A stretch of 64,000 nt of DNA from Candidatus Aminicenantes bacterium (GCA_963702005.1 OY969696.1:3168001-3232000), one strand, 5' to 3'; positions 16,131 through 26,388 are shown, counted from the first letter of the stretch. Translations and numbers: made by a program. The notes: generated by a model not told the origin, from the sequence alone.

Positions 16131-18692
16131 CTATTGCTGTTTAATATAGAGCTTGACGGTCTTGATCTCGTAAGGCTCGAGGGTCAAAGACAGCGAGGTC
16201 CCCGAGCCGAGCGACTTCCCGCCCCCGGCCGGCCGCTCGATGAGGTCGGTCTCGACGGCCTCGACCGGCCAGGGGAACTCCAGCCGGGCCTCGGTCTTTT
16301 CCCCGAAGGTCTCGTAGAGCCTGACGACGATACCGCGTTCGGCGTAACCCATCTCCTTCTTGAGCGCCGAGAGGACGACGTTATCGGGCCCGACCCGGAT
16401 GAAGGAATGGACCGGGGGGAGCGGGCCTCCGTGGACCAGGGGCGTCCGGACGATCAGGGGATTGTTGAGCTCCAAGGCCCGCCGGATCGTCCCGGCCTCC
16501 TTCCAAGTTCCCGGGTGGGGATAAAGCGAATAGAGGAGCTCATGCCGTCCCCGGTCAGCCTCCGGGTCGGGCGAGGTCGCGCCGTGGATGACGGAGAGCC
16601 TCAGGACATTGTCCTTGACGTCGAATCCGTACTTGGAATCGTTGAGGAGGCTCAGGCCGTATAAGTCGGACGCGTCCGAAAGGTCGATCCAACGCAAAGC
16701 CGGCACTTCGGTTCCGTCGGTCGGGCGGCCGACCGAACCGTAGGGAATCTCGAAGCGGGCCGTCCCGTTCCGGACGTTGGCGGGAAAAGCCGCCTTGATC
16801 ATGAGGTTGCGCTCCTGCCAGTCAAGCCGAACCCGGCAGTCGAGGCGCGCCAGGCCCCGGTAGAGGATGAGGTCCTGCTCGAACAGGGAGTTCCGGAAAG
16901 GGCTCCGGACCCGGACGACGGCCCGGACCGGCCCTTGCTCGACGACCTCGACCAGGGCGGCCGTCTCGCCGATCCTCCCGACCGTCTCCTTGAGGCCGAG
17001 CTCCCAGGCCGACATCGACTCGGGCTCATCGCGGATCGCTTCCAGGACGTTCCCGGCTCCGCCCAGGACTTCGCGGCCCGAGCGCTTGTCGATCAGGCTC
17101 GTGATCCAGCCGGAGGCCGGATCGAGGGCGACCTTGAAGATCTCGTTCTCGAGCTCGGAGGACGTCGCCCGAACGGCGGGCGCCGCCGCGCTCTCCGAGG
17201 GCGACACATGATAGAGCCGGTACCCGAAGGACGGAACGGATTCGGCGATGAAGACAATGCGGAACACCGTGAAGTGGTCCTCGGTGCGCTTGTCGAGGAC
17301 CTGGACAGGGACGTCCTTTCCTTCGCTGTCCGTGATCCGAACCGTGCCGGGCCAAGCCTGGGTGGCCTTGGCGTCGGGAGAAATAGCGACTTCGGCGAAA
17401 ACCGGGTCGGTCCTCTCCCAAAAGAGAGGGTTGGCGACGAGAAGCGGGCTTCCCGCGCCTCGCGTGTCGATCGCGTTCGAGATCGTCTCCAGCGAAAAAT
17501 CGAGCGCCCTTTGGGCCCGGGCTTGGGCCTCGGAGTAAAACTCCCGGACCTCGTCGTAGACGGGGCCGATGCTCGACCCGTCCAGGATGTCGTGGAACTG
17601 GTTGCGCAACACGATCTTCCAGGCTTCATCCAGGTCCCGCTCCGGGTAGTAATCCCGGTAGCCGGACGCGACGGCCAGGGCCGAGAACCGCTCCGCGGTC
17701 AGCAGGAGGCTTTCGGAGCGGCGGTTGTTCTTTTTGACCTCGGCCTGGGTCGTATAGCAGGCCGGAAAAGCGAAGTTCAGCTCGCGGCTGACGACGGGGA
17801 AACCCGCCGCTTGCGAAGCGATCTTCTTGAAATAGGCCTCGGGGACCACGAATTCGAGCCGGGGCTGGCTCGGGTCCGAGCGGAGCCTTTTAATGGCCCC
17901 GACATCGCTGTCGCGGGGGCCGCCGCCGTGATCTCCCGCGCCGTAAAGGAGCATGAAGTCTTTGACGGGCGTGTTTCGCGAGGCGTCTCCAAGGATGTCC
18001 CGGACGCCGTCCTTGAGGTCGACCAGATACCAGCCCGGAGGCACATAGCCCAGGACCCGAGACCCGTCTTGGCCCTCCCACCAGAAGAAGTGAGTGGGCC
18101 GGGGATCCGGAGGGCAACGCTCGAAGACGTAGGAATCGAGGCCGGCCCTTTTAAAAATCTGGGGCAGCTGCCAGTTATGGCCGAACGAATCGGGATTCCA
18201 GCCGACCTTGACATCGATCCCGAACTTGTCCAGGAAATAGCGTTTCCCGTAGAGAAGCTGGCGGGCCAGGGATTCGCCGTCGGGCATGTTAAGGTCGGGC
18301 TCGACCCACATTCCGCCGACGGGCGCCCAGGTCCCTTCCTTGATCTTGGCGGCGATGCGGCGGAAGAGCTCGGGATCCGTCCTTTCGACGGCCTCATAGA
18401 TCGCGGCCTGGCTCTGGGCGAAGGTCAGTCCGGGAAGCTTGTCCATCTGGCCCAGCGTCCCCTGGAAGGTGTGGGTCGCGATGTCGGCAACCGTTTCTTC
18501 CCAGCGCCAAAGCCAGCTCAGGTCGATATGGGCATGGCCGACGAGATGAGCCGTGTAGGAACGGGGATTAACCAGGGCGGGGGGAGTTTTTGCCGCCTTC
18601 TCGTCCTGTCCGGCCCCGAGGGGGGTCAGGACGGTTAGGACGGCGGCCAAGACCGCGCAGAAAGAGAAGATTATCGGATTGCGGGGCTTCAT
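16131..18692 (-). CDS. Glycoside hydrolase family 38 alpha-mannosidase (exported)
   Basis: HAHIDLSWLW, WNPDSFGH (nucleophile Asp), GDHGGGP and QFHDIL motifs; signal peptide. Confidence 0.93.
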   Translation of the reverse strand: MKPRNPIIFSFCAVLAAVLTVLTPLGAGQDEKAAKTPPALVNPRSYTAHLVGHAHIDLSWLWRWEETVADIATHTFQGTLGQMDKLPGLTFAQSQAAIYEAVERTDPELFRRIAAKIKEGTWAPVGGMWVEPDLNMPDGESLARQLLYGKRYFLDKFGIDVKVGWNPDSFGHNWQLPQIFKRAGLDSYVFERCPPDPRPTHFFWWEGQDGSRVLGYVPPGWYLVDLKDGVRDILGDASRNTPVKDFMLLYGAGDHGGGPRDSDVGAIKRLRSDPSQPRLEFVVPEAYFKKIASQAAGFPVVSRELNFAFPACYTTQAEVKKNNRRSESLLLTAERFSALAVASGYRDYYPERDLDEAWKIVLRNQFHDILDGSSIGPVYDEVREFYSEAQARAQRALDFSLETISNAIDTRGAGSPLLVANPLFWERTDPVFAEVAISPDAKATQAWPGTVRITDSEGKDVPVQVLDKRTEDHFTVFRIVFIAESVPSFGYRLYHVSPSESAAAPAVRATSSELENEIFKVALDPASGWITSLIDKRSGREVLGGAGNVLEAIRDEPESMSAWELGLKETVGRIGETAALVEVVEQGPVRAVVRVRSPFRNSLFEQDLILYRGLARLDCRVRLDWQERNLMIKAAFPANVRNGTARFEIPYGSVGRPTDGTEVPALRWIDLSDASDLYGLSLLNDSKYGFDVKDNVLRLSVIHGATSPDPEADRGRHELLYSLYPHPGTWKEAGTIRRALELNNPLIVRTPLVHGGPLPPVHSFIRVGPDNVVLSALKKEMGYAERGIVVRLYETFGEKTEARLEFPWPVEAVETDLIERPAGGGKSLGSGTSLSLTLEPYEIKTVKLYIKQQ

Positions 18693-18766
18693 GGCAGAGC
18701 CTCCTTGGAAGGAATCGGTTCAGGCCGGACCATATCCCGATTATACTCTGAATCCCCCGGCCCGCT

Positions 18767-21700
18767 TCAACAGGTCGTGACGGCGAGGCCTTCGTCGCTG
18801 ACGCGGAAATCGAAGAAGCGGGCACGGTCGTTGGGCGGTTCCCCGTCCAGGCCGGCGCGGATGGAAGCGGCGTCGGCGGCCGACTTAGCTATGAACAGCA
18901 GGAATCCCCCGCCGCCGGCGCCGAGAATGGTAGCGCCGTGGGAGCGGGACCGAGTCCGGTCCAGAATCCTTTCGATGACGTCGTTGGTCGAATCAGGGTC
19001 GATCTCCTTTTTGAGCGCCCAGGCCGCCTCGATGAGTTCGCCGAAACGGGCAATGTCCTTGGCGGCCATGGCCTCGACCATCCGGGGCGGAAATCCGTGT
19101 ATCTCGCGGAGGACGGCCAGCCCGGTCCGATCGCGGTCCAGGTAGCGGCCGACGACTTCATGGAGGATGTTCTTGGCGAGCCGGCGCAGGCCCGTATAGT
19201 AGAGCAGAGTCCGGCCGCCGTTCAGGACCGGATCCAGGACGTCGGGAGGAACGAAATGGAGGCGGGGGTCGGGGACCATGCCCGGCCCGGTCGTGATCAT
19301 CTTGACGCTTCCGACCGCGCCCCCGACCTGGTCTTGCCAGCCGCCCCCGGTCGTCAGCTCCTGCTCGAGCCTGAGGACCTCATGAAAAAGTTCCCGGGAG
19401 GTCAGGCTCCGCCCGATCATCCGCCGGATGACCGCGATCAGGACGGCCCCCATGATGCTCGAGGTTCCCAGTCCGCTCCCGCTCGGGATGGCGGCCAGGG
19501 TCGTTATTTCGATGCCGCCTCCGAACAGGCGGAGCATGCCGTCCAGTCCGCGGGCCGACGCGGGCCAATCCGACGCGTCGGGGGCGAATCCGGAAAGGGC
19601 CAGCGCCGCCTTGGCCAAGCCGAACGCGCTGGTCGGCTTCCGGTAGTCGAGAAGCTCGTCGAGACCGCGGATGACGATCCGCTGGCCGTGGTCGATCGAT
19701 CCGATCCGGATCTCCGTTTCGGGAATGACGCGGGCGTAGGCGTGGATGGGAGGCTGCCCGTTGAGCGTCACGGCCGCATTGAGGACGCATCCGCCGTTCT
19801 CCAGCGTATAGGGCGGCGTATCCGACCAGCCGCCGCAGAGGTCGAGGCGTGCCGGCGCCCGGCCCCAGATAATTTCATCGGAGCGGAGGGCGCTCCGCGG
19901 AGGCCCGGTCCGCTTGTCCCTGCTGAGTACGATGGCGCGGCTCATATTCTCGAAAGCCGCCTCCCGGGCCGAAGCCCCCCAAGCGGAGGGAGTCGGCGAT
20001 CCCTCGAACGCCAGCCCCAGCGAGACGAGCCAAGCCTTCTCGGCCTCGGTCAGGCCGGCCCCAACGTCCGCGAGGAAGGCTGCTCCGCCCGGAGCGTTTC
20101 GGAACGCTGCCAGGACCGCCGATCCCGCCGTATGAAGGATCCTGGACAGTTCGAGCCGCTCGACGTCGGTCCGGCGCTCTTCGCCCCCGAAATGGCGGAA
20201 GGCCGCCTTCAGCAGCTCTCGGAACCAGCCGCTGCGCTCCTCGGGGGGCAGGTTGGCGAGGATCCAGGCCAACTCGAGAGCGGAAAACCCGCTATCGGGC
20301 CTGAAGATGCGGTCCAGGGAGCGCCGCAGCCCCTCCGATCTCGCCACCAGCCGCCGGGCGTGAAAATCCTTCTGGGAGACGAGAAGGGCCATCTCGGAGA
20401 AACTGAAGCGGTCCGCGGAGCGCCAGGCTTTCTTTTGCTCCGGGGTTGCGCCGGACGGATCGAACATCCACAGCCATTCCCGGAAATCGGCGTGGCTGAG
20501 GACGGCCGGAAAGAAACGGCCGTTCCAGACCTGGCGCTCGGCGTCCGGAATGGCCGGGTCCCAGACATCTCGGACGGAGGCGTCCAAGGCGGTCAGCCAT
20601 TCTTCAAGGAGGAGGCCGGCCAGACGGGCACCGGCCGCGGCGGGAACATGGAGGACGTCGTTCGTGCCGTAGGCGCGCACGAACCAGACCTGATCCCCAT
20701 TCCGGTCGCGGCCCGGAAGGATATCCAGGACGGCCTTCTCGGGAAGCTCGAGATCTTCATCCACATCAACGCCGCAGACAACGTCGTCCCCGCCCAAGCG
20801 GAGGGACGCCCGGACCCGGCAGCCCTCGACCCAGGAGTTGGAACCAACGACCTCTCCTCCGTTCCGGATGTCGGTGTTGACGGCGAGGCAGGTCTGGCCG
20901 GCCGAGAGCGCGCCGTCGCGGCGGAGAAGGTCCAGGCCGCTGGTGATGAGCTGGCGCGGCGTCCCGAAATGAAGGAATCCGCAGCGGGGCAGAAGCTCGA
21001 CCGAAAAAGGGACGCGGGACATGATATCGAAGATACGCTCCAGGACGGGCGTCTCGAGGCGGGCGCCGCAAGCCCGGACGGCCCGGATGTAGTCCCCGCG
21101 GTTCGCCTCCGTTCCCATGGCGCAGCAGACCTCACGGTAAAAATCGAGCCCGTCGGCTTCGATCGCCCGGGCAGCGGGTCCGCCCCAGACGAGGACGCCC
21201 GACGGATGGGCTTCGACGTCGCAGAGCCCGATAAGCGCGACGGCCGCCGCCGCATCAAGGCTCATGACGCCGATATCGAGGACGGACTGGCCGTGGCGTT
21301 GGATGGCCCGCTTGGCCTCTTGCTCGGCGGGGCTAGGCTTCTGAAGGAAAAGCCTTACGTGCCTGCCGTCCGGGTCGAGGCAGAAGACGCCGTGGCGGCT
21401 GGCTAAATCGGGCGATGCGTAGCAGCCCAGCCCCGTCGTCCCCGCGCGGGACAAGTCGACCAGGGCCGCGTCGAAATCGAGGAGGACGTCTCCGCTGGTG
21501 ACGACGACCTGGCCCCGGCCGGACTCGCCGGCCGGAAGGCTCAGGTAGACGGGAAGCAGCCTATCGAGAAGCGTCAGCCCCAGGGCCCGGTCCGACTCGC
21601 CCGGTACGGGTATAAAGATTTTTCCACAGGCTCCATAGGCCGGGATCCGCTTGGAATCCCCCCCGGCATGAACGATCAAGATCCGGAGGCGCCGAAGAGT

Positions 21701-21955
21701 CTCAAGCCAGGCGGCGGGATCGAGCCGCCGAGCATCCGAGAGGACGATCTCACGGCCCAGGATTTCCAGGAGGCAGTGGATTGTGCTCCCGCCGCTCCCC
21801 ACCCTCCGTCCGTCCGGATCGGGTACGGCCAGGACCCGGGTCGTGCCCGGGATGAAGCCGAGCTCTTGCCGGAGCCGAAGCTCTTCGCGGTAGGCCGAGG
21901 CTTGGCGCTCGTTCGCGGCCGTGACGAGGAGATAGTCCCAGGCGCCGGTCCTCAC
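18767..21955 (-). CDS. fkp: Bifunctional L-fucokinase / L-fucose-1-phosphate guanylyltransferase (Fkp-like)
   Basis: N-terminal VGSGGST, HAGGDSKRIP and HGVF..FLQKP; C-terminal GHMP kinase PARLDL.GGWSDTPP, PSGSGLGTSS, GGGWQDQ and GAGGGG. Confidence 0.9.
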   Translation of the reverse strand: MRTGAWDYLLVTAANERQASAYREELRLRQELGFIPGTTRVLAVPDPDGRRVGSGGSTIHCLLEILGREIVLSDARRLDPAAWLETLRRLRILIVHAGGDSKRIPAYGACGKIFIPVPGESDRALGLTLLDRLLPVYLSLPAGESGRGQVVVTSGDVLLDFDAALVDLSRAGTTGLGCYASPDLASRHGVFCLDPDGRHVRLFLQKPSPAEQEAKRAIQRHGQSVLDIGVMSLDAAAAVALIGLCDVEAHPSGVLVWGGPAARAIEADGLDFYREVCCAMGTEANRGDYIRAVRACGARLETPVLERIFDIMSRVPFSVELLPRCGFLHFGTPRQLITSGLDLLRRDGALSAGQTCLAVNTDIRNGGEVVGSNSWVEGCRVRASLRLGGDDVVCGVDVDEDLELPEKAVLDILPGRDRNGDQVWFVRAYGTNDVLHVPAAAGARLAGLLLEEWLTALDASVRDVWDPAIPDAERQVWNGRFFPAVLSHADFREWLWMFDPSGATPEQKKAWRSADRFSFSEMALLVSQKDFHARRLVARSEGLRRSLDRIFRPDSGFSALELAWILANLPPEERSGWFRELLKAAFRHFGGEERRTDVERLELSRILHTAGSAVLAAFRNAPGGAAFLADVGAGLTEAEKAWLVSLGLAFEGSPTPSAWGASAREAAFENMSRAIVLSRDKRTGPPRSALRSDEIIWGRAPARLDLCGGWSDTPPYTLENGGCVLNAAVTLNGQPPIHAYARVIPETEIRIGSIDHGQRIVIRGLDELLDYRKPTSAFGLAKAALALSGFAPDASDWPASARGLDGMLRLFGGGIEITTLAAIPSGSGLGTSSIMGAVLIAVIRRMIGRSLTSRELFHEVLRLEQELTTGGGWQDQVGGAVGSVKMITTGPGMVPDPRLHFVPPDVLDPVLNGGRTLLYYTGLRRLAKNILHEVVGRYLDRDRTGLAVLREIHGFPPRMVEAMAAKDIARFGELIEAAWALKKEIDPDSTNDVIERILDRTRSRSHGATILGAGGGGFLLFIAKSAADAASIRAGLDGEPPNDRARFFDFRVSDEGLAVTTC

Positions 21956-22917
21956 TTGCGGGGGGCCTCGACCTGGGACTTGATCCAGGGGTAGGTCCGG
22001 GACAGCCCGTCCCGGAGGGAAAACCGGGAATTCCAGCCGACGGCGGCGATCCGGTCGGCCCGGAAATTGCGGGCCTTGACGCCGACCGGACCTTCAATAT
22101 GCTTGACGGAAACGGTCTTCCCGGCGATCGAGGCGATCGTCCGGACGAGATCGTTGACCGATACGTACTCGCGGCGTCCGATGTTGACGCCGTCCTCAAG
22201 GTCCGAACCCATGAGCAGGATGATGCCGTCAAGGAGGTCGTCGATATAGGTGTAGGCCCGCATGGCCGTTCCGTCCCCCCAGATCTCGATCGTCCCGCCG
22301 TCCTCGACCTCGGCGATTTTGCGGCAGAGCGCGGCGGGCGCCTTTTCGCGGCCGCCCCGCCAGGTCCCCTCGGGACCGTAGGTATTCTGGAAGCGAGCGA
22401 TCCGGACAATCATGCCGGTGCGCCGCCCATAGGCCATCGCCATGCGCTCGGCGTAGAGCTTTTCCCAGCCGTACTCGTTGTCGGGTAGCGCAGGGTAGGC
22501 TTCCGCCTCGCCGAGCTCGGGTTCGTCGGGCCGCATATCCCGGTAGACGCAGGCCGAAGAGGAAAAGAAGTAGCGTTTGGTACCGGCGTTCGCCGCGGCC
22601 TGTGTCATATGGATGTTGATCAGGGCGCTGTTCCGCATGATCTCGCACTCGGCGGCGTGGATGAATCCCATCCCGCCCATGTCGGCGGCGAGCTGGTAGA
22701 CTTCGTCGAATCGTCCGCCCCGGGGCGCCGCCAAGGCGGCGCGACAGTTCGATTCCTCCCGGAGGTCGAGGAGGAGAAACTCATCGGCCGCCGTCGCGGA
22801 GAATTCGGGCCGCTTGATGTCCGCGCCGCGGACCCAAGCCCCGTCTTTCTTGAGACGCTTGACAAGGTGACTTCCGATGAATCCGCCCGCTCCGCAAACA
22901 AGCGCGTTCTTGCTCAT
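21952..22917 (-). CDS. GDP-mannose 3,5-epimerase-like extended SDR
   Basis: GAGGFIG, QLAADMGGMGFI, SSACVY (catalytic Cys), YGWEK and GGREKAPAA.CRK (catalytic Lys). Confidence 0.9.
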   Translation of the reverse strand: MSKNALVCGAGGFIGSHLVKRLKKDGAWVRGADIKRPEFSATAADEFLLLDLREESNCRAALAAPRGGRFDEVYQLAADMGGMGFIHAAECEIMRNSALINIHMTQAAANAGTKRYFFSSSACVYRDMRPDEPELGEAEAYPALPDNEYGWEKLYAERMAMAYGRRTGMIVRIARFQNTYGPEGTWRGGREKAPAALCRKIAEVEDGGTIEIWGDGTAMRAYTYIDDLLDGIILLMGSDLEDGVNIGRREYVSVNDLVRTIASIAGKTVSVKHIEGPVGVKARNFRADRIAAVGWNSRFSLRDGLSRTYPWIKSQVEAPRK

Positions 22918-22953
22918 GCTTGCAACCTTCCGTCAGGGATGAATGCGGAAGGT

Positions 22954-22982
22954 TTTATACCACAGACGAGGGGCGAGTTCAA
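22954..22982 (-). promoter_or_regulatory. Putative sigma70 promoter of the GME-fkp operon
   Basis: TTGAAC-17-TATAAA with an extended TG. Confidence 0.55.
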
Positions 22983-22988
22983 TAAAGC

Positions 22989-23441
22989 TCATCTCAGCTG
23001 AGAGGTGCACTGGGGACAGCGCCTGGCCTTGAGGGCGATGACGGACAGACAGAAAGGGCACTCCTTGGTGTCGGCCGGGGGCGCCGCGGGGGCCTCCTGC
23101 TTCCGGCGCAGCCGGTTCACGCTCTTGATGACTAGGAATAGGGCAAAGGCAACGATCAGCAGGCTGATGATTTTGTTGACGAACAGGCCGTAATTGAAGG
23201 TCACGGCGCCCGCCGCCTGGGCCTGGGCGAGCGAGGCGTAGGGTCCGGCGATTTTGCCCGCAGCCAGGGTGACATAGAGGTTGCTGAAATCGACGTTGCC
23301 GAGGAGGAGCCCGATCGGCGGCATCAGGATGTCCGCTACGAGCGACTGGACGACGACGCCGAAGGCCGCGCCCAGGATGATGCCGACGGCCATGTCGATG
23401 ACGTTCCCCCTCATCGCGAATTCCCGAAATTCCTTAAGCAT
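22989..23441 (-). CDS. mscL: Large-conductance mechanosensitive channel with C-terminal zinc ribbon
   Basis: [24 protein letters not shown], and a tail CPFC...CPQC. Confidence 0.96.
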   Translation of the reverse strand: MLKEFREFAMRGNVIDMAVGIILGAAFGVVVQSLVADILMPPIGLLLGNVDFSNLYVTLAAGKIAGPYASLAQAQAAGAVTFNYGLFVNKIISLLIVAFALFLVIKSVNRLRRKQEAPAAPPADTKECPFCLSVIALKARRCPQCTSQLR

Positions 23442-23637
23442 GACGGTCTCCTTTTTTCAAAGTTGGTTATCAGGCGACTATTGTAAATATAGACCTATCC
23501 AATGTCGGAAGTCCATCCTCAGAAGTTGCCCAGGTCGTCGACGGCCTTCGGTCAGCGGTTCCGGGCTTGCGCCGGGGGTGGCCTTCCACTATATTAATAG
23601 GCTCGATCCTAGAAGGAATCTTAGAGAGGAAACGCCC

Positions 23638-24552
23638 ATGTCGAACAGCCGCCTGCGAAGATATTTGATAATGCCGGCCCTGTGCCTCTCGCTGCTGGGC
23701 ATCGGCCGGGCTCGGCTCTCCGCCCAGGACCTGCCGGGCAAGGTCGTCACGACCGGATGGCTGGCCGCGAACCTCAATGCCGCCGACCTCCGGGTCCTGG
23801 ACCTGCGGACCGACATCCGCGACTACTGGGAATCCCATATCCCGGGCGCGGTCTATATCGATCCGATGGTCTTCCGCTGGACGGAAAAGGCCGTCCCCGG
23901 CAAGTTCATGCCCGCCCAAGCTTTCGCCATGCTCCTCGGCGAGCTGGGGATCAAGGAAACGACCAAGGTCGTGATCTACTCGGAGAGGAACAACTACAAG
24001 GCCACCTACTTGATCTGGGCCCTCGATTATATCGGTCACCAGAACGCCGCCCTGCTCGACCGCGGTTTCGACAATTGGCGCAAGGAAGGCCGGGCAACGA
24101 CCCAGGATTATCCTTCGATCTCTCCCCTGCCCTACCGCTTGCCGGCCTCGCTTAACGAAGATGTCCGGGCGACCCTGGACGACGTCCGGAAAGCCCTCGA
24201 CGGAAGCGCCGTCCTCATCGACGCCCGGCCGGCCGAGTTGTTCTCGGGGGATAAGGGAACCTGGAAACGGAAAGGCCACATCAAGGGCGCCCGGAACCGG
24301 GGCTGGGCGGCCGACCTCAACGAGGACGGTTCCTGGAGGCTTCCGGACGAGATCCGGCAGGCCTACGAGGGCCTGGGCGCGACGTCCGACAAGCTCATCA
24401 TCGTCTATTGCGGCCAGGGCCAGATGGCCTCTATGACCTATGTGACCCTCAAGTATGTTCTCGGCTTTCCCCGGGTCCGGCTCTATGACGGAAGCTACAG
24501 CGAATGGTCCAGCCGCGCCGACCTTCCGGTCGAAGCCGGGCCGGACCGCTGA
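23638..24552 (+). CDS. Tandem-domain rhodanese / sulfurtransferase with signal peptide
   Basis: HIPGA, LIDAR, GHIKGA, active-site YCGQG and LYDGSYSEW; GAGAGG RBS. Confidence 0.9.
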   Translation: MSNSRLRRYLIMPALCLSLLGIGRARLSAQDLPGKVVTTGWLAANLNAADLRVLDLRTDIRDYWESHIPGAVYIDPMVFRWTEKAVPGKFMPAQAFAMLLGELGIKETTKVVIYSERNNYKATYLIWALDYIGHQNAALLDRGFDNWRKEGRATTQDYPSISPLPYRLPASLNEDVRATLDDVRKALDGSAVLIDARPAELFSGDKGTWKRKGHIKGARNRGWAADLNEDGSWRLPDEIRQAYEGLGATSDKLIIVYCGQGQMASMTYVTLKYVLGFPRVRLYDGSYSEWSSRADLPVEAGPDR

Positions 24553-24573
24553 TCGTTCCGGGGATCGGCGGCC

Positions 24574-25584
24574 ATGGATGCCATCCGCGTCGAAAACCTC
24601 ACCAAGAGGTTCGACGACGTCACGGCCGTCGACGGGGTATCGTTCAGCGTCCCGGTCGGGGAGCTGTTCGGCTTGCTCGGCCCGAACGGGGCCGGCAAGA
24701 CGACCATCATCAACATGCTCTCGACCCTGCTGGCGCCGACCTCGGGCCGGGCCGAGGTCGCCGGCTATGACGTCGCCGCCCGCAAGGACGAGGTCCGGCG
24801 CAGCATCGGGATCGTCTTCCAGGAGCCGGCCCTGGAGAATAAGCTGACCGGCCGGGAGAACCTCGAGTTCCACGCCATGATGTACGGGATCGGCAAGGCC
24901 GAGCGGCGGGACCGGATGGCCGAAGTCCTCGACCTGGTCGAGCTCGGCGATAAGGCCGGAACCCTGGTCGAGAAGTATTCGGGCGGCATGAAGCGCCGCC
25001 TCGAGATCGCCCGCGGCCTCATGCACCGTCCCCGCGTCCTCTTCCTCGACGAACCGACCCTCGGCCTCGACGCCCAAACCCGCCGGCACATCTGGGACTA
25101 TATCCGGAAGCTGAACAGGGAGGGCGGCGTCACCATCATCCTGACCACTCATTACATGGAGGAGGCCGATTATCTCTGCGGCCGGACCGCCATCATCGAC
25201 CACGGCAAGTTCGTGGCCCTCGACGCGCCGGATCGGCTCAAGGACATCCTGGGCGGCGACGTCGTCTCGCTGGAGATCGAAGGCGATCCGTCCCGCCTCG
25301 TCGAAGCTCTCGACCGGACGCCCTGGATCAAGACCTCCAAGCGGCACGACGGAGTCCTGAGCCTGACCATGGAGAAGGGCGAGCGCCGTATCCCGGAGCT
25401 TATCAACAAAGCCCAGGCCCTGGGCCTGACGGTCGCCTGCGTACACCTCCACAAGCCGAGCCTCGAGGACGTTTTCATCCACTTCACGGGGCGAACCATC
25501 CGCGACAAGGAAGGGGGGGTCGAGGAACGGAATCGGATGATCATGCGGAGCCACCGCCGAGAGCCGCGCGGAGGACGATCGTGA
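24574..25584 (+). CDS. ABC exporter ATP-binding protein (DrrA-like)
   Basis: GPNGAGKT, YSGGM, LFLDEPT and LTTH motifs. Confidence 0.95.
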   Translation: MDAIRVENLTKRFDDVTAVDGVSFSVPVGELFGLLGPNGAGKTTIINMLSTLLAPTSGRAEVAGYDVAARKDEVRRSIGIVFQEPALENKLTGRENLEFHAMMYGIGKAERRDRMAEVLDLVELGDKAGTLVEKYSGGMKRRLEIARGLMHRPRVLFLDEPTLGLDAQTRRHIWDYIRKLNREGGVTIILTTHYMEEADYLCGRTAIIDHGKFVALDAPDRLKDILGGDVVSLEIEGDPSRLVEALDRTPWIKTSKRHDGVLSLTMEKGERRIPELINKAQALGLTVACVHLHKPSLEDVFIHFTGRTIRDKEGGVEERNRMIMRSHRREPRGGRS

Positions 25585-26345
25585 CCGGCGCCACCGCCGT
25601 CTACGTCCTCTGGCTCCGGGAGATGAAGCGCTTCCTCCGGGCCAAATCCCGGATCGTCGGCGCCCTGGCCATGCCCCTGTTCTTCCTGGCCTTCCTGGGG
25701 ATGGGGTTCAACCGCATGGCCATCCCAGGGTTGGGCGGCGGCGTCCGCTACATCCAATTCCTCGTGCCCGGAATTCTCGGGATGAGCCTGCTCTTTTCCT
25801 CGACGATGGCCGGGCTGTCCGTTCTCTGGGACCGCGAGTTCGGGTTTCTCAAGGAAATCATGGTCGCGCCGGTCAGCCGGGTCTCGATCGTCATGGGCCG
25901 GATCGCCGGGGGGATGACGACGGCCCTCATCCAGAGCGTCCTCATCCTGGCGATTTCGTTCCTCCTGGGGTTCAAGGTCCTCAGCCCGGTCAAGCTCCTG
26001 CTCGGCCTCATGTTCATGCTTCTCATCGCCGTGACCTTCATCGGATTCGGCCTCATCTTCGCCTCCAGGATGCGGGACATGCAGGGGTTCAGCATCGTCA
26101 TGAATTTCGTCATCTTCCCCCTGTTCTTCCTGTCGGGCGCCCTCTATCCTCTGGCCAACCTCCCCCGCGCCGTCAGGATTCTCGGCTACGCCGACCCGCT
26201 GACCTACGGCATCGACGGGCTGAGGGGGACGCTGGCCGGCGTATCGTCCTTCCCGGTCGCCCTGGACTTGGCGCTCATGGCGGGATTTTCGGTGGTGATG
26301 ATCGTCCTGGGCGCCTACTTCTTCGAGACGAGCAAGAGCGTCTAA
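25581..26345 (+). CDS. ABC-2 type permease (DrrB-like)
   Basis: GTGA overlap; DREFGFLKE, FFLSGALYP and PLTYGIDGLR motifs. Confidence 0.93.
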   Translation: MTGATAVYVLWLREMKRFLRAKSRIVGALAMPLFFLAFLGMGFNRMAIPGLGGGVRYIQFLVPGILGMSLLFSSTMAGLSVLWDREFGFLKEIMVAPVSRVSIVMGRIAGGMTTALIQSVLILAISFLLGFKVLSPVKLLLGLMFMLLIAVTFIGFGLIFASRMRDMQGFSIVMNFVIFPLFFLSGALYPLANLPRAVRILGYADPLTYGIDGLRGTLAGVSSFPVALDLALMAGFSVVMIVLGAYFFETSKSV

Positions 26346-26388
26346 ACAGATCCCTTCGCATCGCGGCCTCCGCTCAAGGCCGCCGAGC

